This document shows, piece after piece, positions 50,288 to 64,000 of a stretch of 64,000 nt of DNA (position 1 is its first letter; every line of letters starts with the position of its first letter). The position numbers and the translations under genes are program-made. The DNA lies in NCBI RefSeq assembly GCF_964355755.1, contig NC_092671.1, forward strand, positions 40,124,304 through 40,188,303. The letters are read 5' to 3'. The DNA is from Antedon mediterranea (Eukaryota > Animalia > Echinodermata). The notes under the pieces are model-generated. The model worked only from the letters and a program-made list of their open reading frames with translations, did no database searches and was not told where the DNA came from.

Positions 50288-53200
50288 GTAAAAGTAGAAT
50301 ATTTCAACTAACTTAAGTAGTACATAAGAATAGTTTAGTTAGTTAGTTAGTTCTAGATCGTAAATTATAAAGCTTAAAACCATGACAAAATGACACACAA
50401 ATCATGTCCCCCTTCTTCATGTTGTTTTTTTTTTAAGGTTCCCTTGTATATTTTAGTTCAGGGTAAACCTTCTTTTTAGAATGATTGAAAACCATGGCAG
50501 TACCTTCACATTTCACACATAACACAACTATAGAGTATTTTTAATAGTTCAGGTTGTAATGTAATGGACATTGTCATTTACAGTTATAATAAGCTTTAGA
50601 ATGTAATGGAAAACCATGATAAATACAGGTACTATCTCAGTAGTATCTTCACATTTCACACATTAAACAACTATAGGGTATTTAATAACAACCATAGAGT
50701 ATTTAATAATATCAGAGAATCTGACAGTTTTCATTTAATTAGCCTTAAACTTGAATGTGACACAGATTTTTAGATCAATATAAATATGAGAAATACAAAG
50801 AGGAAGTTTGGCATTGAAATATGGTTTACATTATTATGCAAATTTGTATATTTCTGCTTGGAGGCTACTGTACAATAGGATATATTTATAGGCCCTCAAG
50901 CTGTTCATATCAAAACTATACAAATTCAATTAAATTGTTTTTAAAATTTATGTAATAGCAAAAATACAATCAGATTAACATGGCTTTCAATGTTATTTTT
51001 GGAGTTTATTTAATTAGAACATTAAAAGGGTCAGCTTTATGGAAGAAATCCTTGGACTTCAAAACATTTGTTCTTCTCGTTAATAGTCTGATTGAATAAA
51101 TACTGTAAACAGATTGCTGAATGTTTTGGTATAATTAAGTTTTACAAAATTGTAAATTACAATTCTAGTTCTAGTTGTTCCATGACCTAGAGGATCGTAG
51201 GGGCGTAGCAGATGAGTTACAGTAGTACTCATCATGACACAATACACAGGCGTATCTCATAGTGGTGCCTATTTCCTCTCCGTTCTGTCTTGGTTTTTCT
51301 TTAAGCTGGATGTCTGTCTGTTGGTTCTCCTGAACCGACGTCCTTGTAGTCGTTTTTTGTTTTAGTACCAACTTGGTGTCCAACCACCTTCCACACCATG
51401 CTCCTAAAGGAGTTGATGTGGGTACCGGTTTAGTACTTTAACAAATTTTTTTTTTTTAAATAATCAGTTGGTATGCCAATATTTCATGCTGTAACTTTAA
51501 GAAGAATAGAATTCCACATTGTGTTTTATGACTTAATTGTATCAAACCTGACTCATCACTGTGTCAATATGTGCTCAGTAGTAGGCAGATGAATGTGTAT
51601 AGGTAACTCCCTTTTAATCACTGTATGACCATTAACATACTTGGACTTTGGCACAACTAGGCCAATGGACAAGTTATGGCAAGGTTCAGTACTAGCCCAC
51701 ATATCACCCAAACCAAAATATTTATTAGTTAACTTTCAGTAGAACTGGTGCTAATTTTTTAGTAGCAAGACATTATCATTCTGTACCATGTATACTGGAC
51801 TAGAGTAGACTATATTTCGCACCACAATCTACGAGCTTACCCAATTAAAAAACATTCACCTTCTGCGCAGTGGTGATGGTGAGTGACCGTGAAGTTTTAT
51901 GCCCGGTTTTAGGTGCTAAAGTGCAGTAGCGCCCTATACTGTGAATTAAGATTTAATATTTGTATCTGATTGTATGATCTGGTTCACTCATCCTTTACAT
52001 GCCTACTTACAGTTATTGGCTAAATTCCCCAGCGTTGTATGACCTTATAAAAATTGAAATGTCAAATGTTGTTTATTTCAGGTGATATTATAACCTTCAT
52101 TTGCGACTGTTTATAAATCAATGCCTGACATTTCAAAGCGTCAACTTTGATCTTCATTTTCAAAAGTGCATCATTAGTTGAAATTTTTAATTCCTTGGAG
52201 CAAAAATCGATTCACAGTTATAGTTTAATCATGATATATATATACTAGTAGAACAGTAGATCTTATGGTATTAGTGTTACGTTTATTCTGCAATAAGTAT
52301 TTAGTACAACATAAATAGATATAAAATGAATATTAGTTATCACCAAAAACTGAGATATTTCTCTCATTTTTCATTTACTTTTTTTCTCTTTCAGAAATGT
52401 TTATGTTTCAAACCGATGCAATCAGTATGGCATGCGAAGCAACAAGTTATTGCAAGTATAACTCAGGTAAAATACGTTTTAATCTTTCCCACTGTACGTT
52501 GGCATCCATGCACTTTACACCTCCCCTCCCACTCTCACCCTCTCCTTCCCACTATCAGTAACTTTTTATGACATAAGAGTTATTTTTAAGTTAAAGAATA
52601 TCTTTTACATTCTGTTTCATTGTTTTCTTATCAAAAACATTCATTTCACATAAAGTTCTATGAGAGAAAGAATAACATATTCTTTTAATTTTTTTATTTA
52701 TAATCTAGGATTTAAAAGATACATCAAATTATGGATTTTATATACCACCATTTAACGGCAGAGCTGGGAAATTCTTAGATGAAGAGAGGTTGCTGAAAGA
52801 TTATCCAATGAATGGACCTGTTGGCTATCTGGAGGTATTGTGTTGATTAAACAGAATATTATATTCATATTTTCATCATCATAATATTTTGATATCAACA
52901 TTGAATCAGAGATTAGCATATAGTGTCATTGAAATTTAAATCAACATTATCATCATCACTTTAGTGTCTTCATCTCCATTATACAGGTATCAATATCACT
53001 ATCATCATCATAGCTTTTTAGTGTTCTGAAAAGAAAGTGAAATTCCCTTTCTTAAATTCACCATTGAATTCGAAGATCCACAAATACCAAGTAAATTAAA
53101 ATGTACACATGTCTAAATCAACATTGATATTTTCCCACAGTCCCAAATGATGCATTGAATGGAACATGTAAGGGGTAATAAATCACTACAGTGAAATTAC

Positions 53201-56200
53201 TTAGAGATTTAGATTAGAAATTCATAATGGATTATTCATAATTTGATATCGTTGGTTAAACTGTAGTATATATCCACACATGTCCCTAAACAATTCATTC
53301 TTATGAATAAAACAGATTTACCGTATACATCTCCCTAAAAATCAGACATGCAGTAAACTGTCCATTATACAAACTCAGATGCATGTTATTGTACAAAAAG
53401 ACACTTTTTACTCTTTCTGATATTTTACTATTATATAATGCCTGTTTCAAACTTATTTTTTTGTGTACGGTTCTCTGGAGAATATAATCAATCTCAATTA
53501 AATAATCATAAACTAGTAATTACATAGTGTGGAATTTTGCTGTTCCGTCGGCATTTCACTAATGACAAAACACTAGTGTGAAAACCCTACAGGCTATGTT
53601 TAGTAATGTGCTGTATTACATATAGTATTATAATATTAACCATTTATTGAATATTATTACTATAATTTTATTTATTTTCATTATTAATATCATATTCAAA
53701 AGTTGTTCCATAATTCTATAAATATAGTATAAATTGTAAATTTAATTTGCATGAAGTTAAACTGTGGTAGATGTATTTTATGTCCAAATTAACAACCTCA
53801 AAAATCTATAAAGCTCTGTCTACACTATCAAACTTTATGTGACAAAAAAATGTGATGTGCCCATGTATGGAAATTCAGTCATATCACTACCATACCGTAT
53901 TTGGCCATACCACTACCATATTTGGGCACAATTTTGTTGTCAAACAAATTTGATAGTGTTACGTAGATGGAGCTTAACAACTCTAGATTATTAGAGGGCT
54001 CTCTGCATAAATATTATTTTGATTTCTGTACCCAGCTGCTGGGTCAATGGATGTCAGTTTGTTCCTTGAGTTCAAAGCAAACAAGATCAAACATGACTAT
54101 TTTTATATTAGTAGCTACAGCAAATATTGAATATTTGTCTTGCTATTTCATAATATTTATATGGACTGCAATCTTAACCAGTAGCTGAAGCACTGTTTTT
54201 AAATTTACCCCAGTTTATTAAAACAGGAACTGTTACTGTTAACTGTTCTTGTGTAGCCAGGCTGATACTTAGTTTCAGTTGACTGCTGGTGTACTCAAGA
54301 TCTATTGTTGTACCATGCTATACTATAAACAGAATTATCAAACATAGTATTTTAAAATATATATATTGATGATCAGTTTTATTACCTAGTGCATCTACCT
54401 GTATTAACAATAGTTTAACTATTTTGTTCATTTCAGTTTAAATACAAGAGACGTGTATACAAACAATTAAACCTAGACGGCAGTCAGATTAAGAAATATA
54501 ACGGACGATCATATCAGAAAAACATGATGGAATATGTAAAAAGTAACTCACCTGAAAAAGTGAAAAAGTTACTTGACAAAGGACTTGATCCTAACTTCAT
54601 TGATGAAACCTCAGGAGGTTAGTACTACTATGCACATTTACAGTATTTGTTTTGGTTTTGTTTAGCATTGTAGTTTCATTATTGGGACTGAAATATAGTA
54701 CAGTCGATTCTACCAACTCGCTGAAAACCGGAAACTCTCCAAAAACCATACTTTTCTTGAGGTCCAAAATGTCCCAAATTTCTTTTTACCAGTAAAAACA
54801 CATTCCAAACACCAGACTTTATGGAAAACCAGACATTAGGCGGCCAGCCCAAATGTGTCCGGTATTTGGAGAGGTGACTATTGGATGTTCTTCATATTCT
54901 ACAGTATTGCCATATTTGATTCATTAAAGTACTGAATAAGTTCACAAAAATATAGATTCCTTTAATTTAACGTAATCATTTTATATTTTGCGTTGTTAAA
55001 TTTCACTGTGTTGGAAGATAAGGAAGTGCTGTAGGCATTTTGTTTAGATATCATTGTATCTTATGACACAGGAATGAAATGAACACGTCCGCAATCAATA
55101 GTGCTGATGATGTGGATGGCTAGATAGAGTTATTGACATCTGATCACAGCCTAATAACCTACTCTGTCATCATAGGTTTTTGAAACACAACCCTCAATTT
55201 ACCAAACCAGAATTTTGTTTACAATTGAATCTGTCAAAAATGTCAAAATATAGGTTATTCCACTTTTAAGCTCTGTCTACACTATCAAACTAGTTTGACA
55301 CAAAAAAATGCCCATATATAGTAGTAATAGGCCCAAATATGTTAGTGATATGACATCATCATGTCCATATATGGGCACATCACATTTTTTTGTCACATAA
55401 AGTTTGATAGTGTATACAGGGCTTTAGAGGGAACAAGGATATGGTGAATGCCCGACAAACACTAATAATTCATATTTGGATAATGAAACTCCTAAACTAA
55501 TAACAATTTTAGTTTGTAATAACAGGATATTACAAGAACCTACTGTACCTAACCTTATATAATTATGAACCTCAATATTCTTAATATCATTTTCTTTCGA
55601 AATTCAATATTAACATTACATACAATGTCAATAAAACTTCAATATTGTGTACTAAGCTGTCAAAAACATGTCACAATTTATGTTGCTCTTTATTGTGAAA
55701 GGTGTAATTACATTGTATGTTATAGACACATAAATTGTAAATGTATACTATGAATTCATATTTTGGATTTGTGATAGACATTTCCAGAGATTTATGTATT
55801 TCAAATTTGTAATAAATTGTCTCCTTTACTTCTTCTTATGATTCAAATCTTTAAAAATTGTTGTCTTGCCTCCAGCGCAGGACGTTCAATTTCAATAAAT
55901 CACTGAGATGATAACTTACAATTGATCATCGCTATAAAATAGAAGAACAAAAAATGTATTAAATGATTTCAACATTTTTGCAAGAATCGTTGAAATAACA
56001 ATCTAACAACTGACTTCCAATGGAGAAGAGGAAATAGATTAATATACAGATGCTGACCACCTGTGAAATGCAAATTAATTGGCATCATAAATGTGGCACA
56101 AGTCTGTTCCTCTCTTAAAATAGTCAAATCAGAATAATGATGTATGCGATTTAAATCAAATGTTGTAATAAAGTTCACTTAAATACTTGCATTACGTTAA

Positions 56201-59200
56201 ACCCTTTAATGGAAGCAGCTTGATTCTTTAGATTTTCATTCAATAAACTTATAATAATTTAGCTTAAATTTAAAAGTATTTAAGCTAAATTGTTTCTATT
56301 GCTGTTTATAATCCTTTATCTCTTAAATTATTTGAAACACATGACATAATTCACCTATTAAAACATCTTATATCCTTTCTCTGTTTTTTCTTTTATGCGT
56401 TTTCAACATAATGATTATTATCCCTGTTTACTGCCTTTGCTATGTTTCTTTATAATCTATGATTCTGCTCGCGTCACTATATTTTTATTCGTATATTTAA
56501 GTACCCTACTCCCACTTGTAGCTTATGTACTCAAATTAATGTATCAATGTTTTAATTTTATCTTCAGAAACGCCCCTGACGCTAGCGTCAACTTTGAATA
56601 AATCGGAAGAGGTGATCAAGTTCCTGCTTAACGGTGGTTACCATAATGATTTCCGCAACAAGAGTGGTTTAACTGCTGTACACCGGACTGTTCTGAAAGG
56701 CAATGCACGCCTCCTAGAGGTAAACATAAATGATGCCTATAACATTATAGCACTCACCTTTCAAACTACGTTGTCTCCACTATCAAACTATGATGCCTAT
56801 AACATTATAGCACTCACCTTTCAAACTACGTTGTCTCCACTATTAAACTAGGTTGACAAAAATTGTGATGTGGTATGGTAGTGATATGCCCAAATATGGT
56901 AGTAATTATTTTGTCAAATAAAGTTTGATAGCGTTTCTATCTAGATACAGTATTATTGAATTCTATAACTTTCTTTATAAACCTGTTTGTTTCTAGTTTG
57001 ATAAGTGCATGCAGTCTTTAAAGCACCTCAAAGTATAACAGAATATTGATCGCGATGCTTAGTTAGTAACAAAGCTATGTTTCTATGGTTTAATTGTCAT
57101 ACTGTATGTGAATTTTAATTTCCTGTTCAAATTGAACCCTTTGATATATAGGCACTTCAATAAATAGGTTCAATGCTCTCATTTTCAGTAATATCTAATA
57201 AATATTCATGCAATTAAAATCAATTCTATAATCTTATTGGACAAGCGCTTCTGTTGAAATTTGATATTGACTAATTTATCAAATCCAATGGAGATACTGT
57301 GTTTTATGATCACACATATTGTTTCATATTGATGGGTGAATATAATTTTTTTTATGTAAAAGTCAATATGAATATTTTTCATGCATTTTTTTTATTCAGG
57401 TGATATTAGATCTAGGTGCATCTCCAAATTACAAGGATGATAAAGGACTGACGCCGCTGTACTACACCGCAATGAATGGAGGAGACCCACGAATAGCAGA
57501 GATTTTGTTGAAAGATAAAGCAACTGTAAATAACGTTGACAGTCAAGGATGGTCTGAAGTGCATCAGGTTAGTCAATGTTTTAATTTATGTTACTGTCGT
57601 GCAAACAATCCCTCAAACAGGAGATGGACACCATGCGTTGAATATTTTAGGACGACTCCAGGGTGGCTAATTGGTCAGATGTTTTGCCCTACTCTGACGT
57701 AATTTGTACTTTATACTAAGTACATTGAGAATACTTGCGAAAAAATATGCAAGTAATTCTCGCGTGGGACTCGAACCCACGACCTCCAGATCTTTAGTTT
57801 GGAATTCATACCTCTAGACCACTGAGCTTGCACTGATGGTTAGGGGTTCGAGCCCAAGTAAGCAGCGGGTACTGAACAAACAGGATTGTAATTGTTTGTA
57901 ACTACTGTGGAGTAGTTTTGGCAGAGAAGGAGAAACAACAATTAGACATGTCGTACAAGTATTCAATCCTAGCATTTGTGCCCTAAACATTTTAATTAGA
58001 CAATTCTTCATAATATAGAACTTGTATTTACTCTATCCTCCTTTATTTCACTAATGTATGGTAATCAACTTACATAACGCTCTTACTACCAATCCCATCA
58101 TGCTTATGTGCAACATTTCATGTTTTAACAACATTATAATTTGTGAAACTAGCTATAAATAAATCCACTTGTGTAACAGTGGAATCAGTACTAATTGACT
58201 GGTTTAATAAGATTCCCTTGATAATTCTCAAATATAAATATCAGATTATTTTTATAATTACCAGATGAATTAATAACATGTACTCAATTATAATAAATAA
58301 TATTACTTTATAATTATCTAAATCATCGTCCTGATTTTATTTTGTGATTGAATTTTACCAAACCTGCAACATTTACTTAATATTTAACATTTTTTATGTC
58401 AGACTTTTTCTGATTCAAATTTTAACCAATTTTAAATTAAACATTGGAGTAAGTTAACATTTGCAAATAAATAAAAAAAATTTTCATTGTTTGAAGCATG
58501 TACAGATATTACGCTTCCATGTATAAAATAATAATAATATAAAATTTAGTAAAAATTTAAATAGTTGTGCTGTTTTTTTTTTATCAAGCTGTAAGTGTAT
58601 ATTTATTTTCATAGTGAATGAGGAAAGCCAAATATAGGTTATATTCCTGAATAAACAGCAACGACACAAATGTATTCTGAAAAACGATATGTTAATGAGT
58701 ATTATAATTTTGATATATAGTTTAGAATATGGTTTGTAGACCTTTTTCTGTTAGCTTGTGTTGATAGATCATATAGAATTCCAATTCTCTTAACGACCGT
58801 CACCACTGCAACAAACGTAATTTAGAAGGACATTAATTTTTTTTTCTCCCCGTAGGCATGTCGTTATGGTCGCGTGCAGCATCTAGAACACTTACTGTTC
58901 TACGGAGCGGAGATCGACGCGCAGAACGAAGCAGGGAACACCGGACTTCACGTCTGCGCTCTTTATAATCACACGCCAGCAGCTCGTACGCTTCTCTTCC
59001 GTGGGGTCGATAAGCAGATAAAGAACAAAGCAAATCAGACCGCATATCAGGTGAGTACATCACTCATTCACGCTTTTTTCCTAACCATCTGTCATAAGAA
59101 TTTAAAAAAAATTAACTGGAAAGTATACACTGTGGCTTCATTATTGTAACTACAATTTGACATTTTTTTATGAAAATCAAAAGAGGATAGCAACATTAAT

Positions 59201-59344
59201 TATAATTGTTTATATTTTTTTAATACTTTATATTGTATATGATGTTTTTTGAGATTGAATTCTTACACTATTTTCAGGTTGCTATTGTTGCCAACAATGT
59301 CCAACTAGCTGAGATTATCAGAGATCATGCTGAGGATGCAGTTG
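50045..59344 (+). CDS. SHANK: SH3 and multiple ankyrin repeat domains protein (SHANK/ProSAP), N-terminal SPN domain and ankyrin repeats; gene continues beyond the window
   Basis: Eight phase-consistent exons encode hallmark motifs SVWHAKQQV, GRAGKFLDEERLL, YLEFKYKRRVY, LDLGASPNYKD, QHLEHLLFYGA, RTLLFRG. Confidence 0.95.
51165..51400 (-). mobile_element. RTE-clade LINE 3' end fragment
   Basis: Minus strand GCCCCTACGATCCTCTAGGTCATGG followed by an (ACTAGA)n tail; upstream GRWLD remnant. Confidence 0.55.
52395..52466 (+). CDS. SHANK: SHANK exon, SPN domain (KCLCFKPMQSVWHAKQQVIASITQ)
   Basis: AG/GT boundaries, 72 nt, SHANK motif. Confidence 0.92.
52709..52834 (+). CDS. SHANK: SHANK exon, SPN domain (DLKDTSNYGFYIPPFNGRAGKFLDEERLLKDYPMNGPVGYLE)
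   Basis: AG/GT boundaries, 126 nt; absent from the ORF track. Confidence 0.95.
53812..53974. mobile_element. MITE family A copy 10
   Basis: TIRs with TAA on both flanks. Confidence 0.85.
54437..54617 (+). CDS. SHANK: SHANK exon (FKYKRRVYKQ...LLDKGLDPNFIDETSG)
   Basis: AG/GT boundaries, 181 nt; absent from the ORF track. Confidence 0.95.
54701..54882. mobile_element. Degenerate Tc1/mariner-pogo-type MITE
   Basis: TA|CAGTCGA start; internal IR ACCGGA..CTCTCCAAA / TCCGGT..TTTGGAGAG. Confidence 0.35.
55269..55423. mobile_element. MITE family A copy 11
   Basis: Near-perfect TIRs with TTA on both flanks. Confidence 0.9.
56568..56719 (+). CDS. SHANK: SHANK exon, ankyrin repeats (TPLTLASTL...DFRNKSGLTAVHR...LLE)
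   Basis: AG/GT boundaries, 152 nt, phase 1-0. Confidence 0.93.
56730..56933. mobile_element. 60-bp tandem duplication running into degenerate MITE family A copy 12
   Basis: Units at about 56730 and 56790 end in the TIR remnant TGTCTCCACTATCAAACTA; core and partial right TIR follow. Confidence 0.7.
57400..57567 (+). CDS. SHANK: SHANK exon, ankyrin repeats (VILDLGASPNYKDDKGLTPLYY...GWSEVHQ)
   Basis: AG/GT boundaries, 168 nt. Confidence 0.95.
57763..57857 (-). mobile_element. tRNA-derived SINE head or tRNA pseudogene
   Basis: Minus-strand AGCTCAGTGGTCTAGAGG (A box) and GGGTTCGAGTCCC (B box); a second B-box lies on the plus strand at about 57845. Confidence 0.55.
58856..59050 (+). CDS. SHANK: SHANK exon, ankyrin repeats (ACRYGRVQHLEHLLFYGA...NQTAYQ)
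   Basis: AG/GT boundaries, 195 nt. Confidence 0.95.
59278..59344 (+). CDS. SHANK: SHANK exon, end of ankyrin region (VAIVANNVQLAEIIRDHAEDAV)
   Basis: AG/GT boundaries, 67 nt, matches the SHANK VAIxAxNxxLAExI motif. Confidence 0.9.
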
Positions 59345-60949
59345 GTATGTTTTTATACATTTTGTTATTCGTTATACATTCACAGCAACCTGATACATTG
59401 TAGTTTCTTTTAAATTAAAATAGTTGATACTAGTAGTTTTTATTGTCAATCTTTTAATCACCTGTGATACTTTTTCCTCACCCAGTCTTTTCTTACAATC
59501 TCTTTACCAATAAGTGAAGTTCCTCTGTAATATTTTCCTCTTTCTTTAAATGCAAAATTTAAAAATTCACAAATATTAGTAGTTTAATAGATTGGTTACT
59601 GCAGATTCAACATTATTTTCATAAGAGCAAAATGCCATCAATTTACGTCAACTAAAATCTGGAGCAATATAGTGGGTGGTTGTGATTTAATAAGGTTATC
59701 TTAATATTCTTGTAATTGTTCATTTGACCTTTGATTTCATAGGTTTTTCATAATCAACTGTGACATCTATTCAAATGTGAATTTAATGAAACATTTGTAG
59801 AGTTATGAATATATAATGGTTGAGATATCCGTACAAAAATAAAAACCAGTTTTTAATGGTCTTCCTGTTCTGATACTTTGATTATAATAATTTCGAAACC
59901 TTTTGTTTCCTTTTTTAAAAATTGTCGTTCACATTGCAGGGCTTCTCAAATGTACGTCAGCTCGGCCTCAACTTTTTATATGAAATTTATCGGATTATTT
60001 AGCGGATTAGGATATATCAAAGTAGTGTTAATAAATGTTTTCTATAAGTTAGCGAAAATAGAATCCCTCCCCACCAGAAACTTAACTGCATTGTGATTTG
60101 CATACTTTTTGCATACTGATATATTTTTGCATATATTTGCATGTTTGATAAAGAATGCACAAATATAAGCACATTGTTATTGTTATTATTTCCAATGCCA
60201 CACTGCTTTTAGAAATTGATTGGGTAGAACCTATAGTTGATCCAGGTGAGTCTAGAACCAGGTGGTGGCCCACACAGGTGGTGGATTTTTATTAATTTAT
60301 CAATGTATTCTTGTTGAATTTACAAGCATGGACAGATGTATTTAATTAATTTAAGTTAAAATTGTCGTTTAATATGCATGCATTGCATTGATTCAAAATT
60401 CCAATCTAATATTTACTTTGTTGAAGGCCAACGAATGAATGTAAATAGTAATAATAATAACAATCGATAATGTGTATTTATTGTTATAAAAACATAAAGT
60501 TGCATTTGAAATTAGTTGTACGGTATGTTTCTTGTTTGCTGTATAACTATTATATAAATTAACGCATAAATTAAATCTGTAATAATTTCAGTTTCAAATT
60601 CAATATTTAACTAGATTTAATTCGTCACTATGACGAATTATAGGTTATATGCATTGATTTAAATAAAGATAATTGATTTTTAAAAGATATATTGATTGAT
60701 TGATTTTCTCAGAATCTTTAATTATTTATAATATATGATAGGACCTTGCTAGCGCGAACACCATAGCCGGTATCACAATCCGATCAAAGATCCCTCTGCG
60801 TATAATGTCATAAACCGCATTTGTTGTTACATAATAATAAAGACATAAAGTAACTTTTTATCTAGATTTCATTATAAATCATGTGTATAATCTATACACT
60901 AAGAAATAAATTTGAACAATACGGATAATAAAAAAAAAATCTTATTTCG

Positions 60950-61020
60950 TTTCCCAAGGTGAGACTTGAACTCGGTACCTTGAATGCCATTGACACGAGC
61001 ACAGACCATCGAGCCATACA
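60950..61020 (-). mobile_element. Degenerate tRNA-derived SINE head
   Basis: Minus-strand TGGCTCGATGG (A box) and AGTTCAAGTC (B-box-like). Confidence 0.4.
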
Positions 61021-61465
61021 CAACTGACTAAAAGTTGGAGAAAAATTCCTCCGTGTATTTACTATGCAGTAACCACTTTGGTGCAGATAGATTATTACAT
61101 ACCGCAATGAATTATAATGTTTTACTATGATGACATCTTTAAAAATTTAAAAAAATGATGCACTGTCAAACTATATACTTTTAACTTTAATATATGAACT
61201 TCTTAAGGAAGAAAGTTAACGTTAAGTTTGTTATTTTGGCCTAAGAAAATGTTATAATTTGTTTGATTGTCGAAATTAATTTTGTTAAATTTAATATGCC
61301 ATTAATGATGACTTAATCAACTTTTGTTCTTCTAATTTCATAATAAATCATACATATGATACATACACTTCAAGAAAATTAAATAAAAAATAGGTGTTCC
61401 CGAGCATTCTAACGATATATATTAATTTTAAAATTTAGCATATTTTCACCATTTTATTAACTTAC

Positions 61466-61968
61466 ACGTGTGTAGCCCGTCACTTTTGACGTGCTCGTAT
61501 AACGCTGTTTCGCGTTGAAAAGTGAATAAAATATGATGATATTATTAAAGAAAGGTTATACAACAGTAATCGGACACAAATATGCGCACTCATGGCAATT
61601 TTTTAAACGCTTAAAATTGCCTGAAACGTACTCTAATTTCATCGAAAATAAATTCTGACAATTTTCAACATTTTAAGCGCGCGTACGCATGCGTTATATG
61701 CGCTACGCACGTAATTGTATTGCCATATGATGAAATATGACCTGAAATTTATGAGTACCAAATTTTGTTTAAAAGTGATTCATGTTTGTGAAGATATGAT
61801 TACAAACGTGATTTCGTTAAATCGCGCGTAGACCGCGTAATTTTCGATTGCGCATCGTGAAAACATAACCACATCGATTCCTGGCCATAAGGAATATACT
61901 CTGAAAAATTGACTTAGATAGATGAAACTGATGCCAAGATAATTCACGGACAAATAGTGCTAAGGAAA
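61466..61968 (+). mobile_element. CpG-rich interspersed element ending in a microsatellite (possibly HINE/Helentron-like)
   Basis: 5' hairpin GCCCGTCA..TGACGTGC, CGCG-rich palindromes, direct abutment to (TAAA)n; family assignment is inference. Confidence 0.35.

Positions 61969-64000
<2,032 letters not shown>

Noticed and set aside
57763-57830. Functional tRNA gene
   Set aside because: A and B boxes are present, but I could not form a clean acceptor stem and anticodon arm; a SINE head or pseudogene is more likely.
58833-59063. Minus-strand 76-aa ORF
   Set aside because: It is the antisense shadow of a SHANK ankyrin exon; the same applies to 49962-50255.

Overview
AT-rich, intron-containing animal genomic DNA. 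The repeat content (Deu/Nin-domain SINEs, Harbinger-type MITEs, a Penelope-type RT) suggests an invertebrate deuterostome such as an echinoderm; this is inference. Three genes can be built by hand from splice signals. (1) A minus-strand gene with one coding exon for an unrecognised 147-aa basic Pro/Gly/Tyr-rich protein (16045-16488). (2) Head-to-head with it, an 8-exon plus-strand gene (17376-23663, about 572 aa) resembling SPMIP4/C7orf31; the shared promoter has two RFX X-box-like motifs. (3) The 5' part of a SHANK gene (SPN domain and ankyrin repeats, core exons 50045-59344) with several candidate alternative first exons over about 26 kb. The rest is repeats: a 5-kb 45/48-bp minisatellite (source of the long spurious ORFs) interrupted by a hairpin element, a 67-bp satellite whose unit reads like a tiny consensus intron, about 12 copies of one TWA-flanked MITE, SINE/LINE fragments, a Penelope RT relic and a >2-kb (TAAA)n tract. 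I found no clearly new multi-gene system. The best leads are the putative RFX-controlled ciliary gene pair, the SHANK alternative N-termini, the intron-like satellite, and TA-flanked insertions that look like transposon excision footprints. All gene models and family names come from manual reading and recall, with no database searches.
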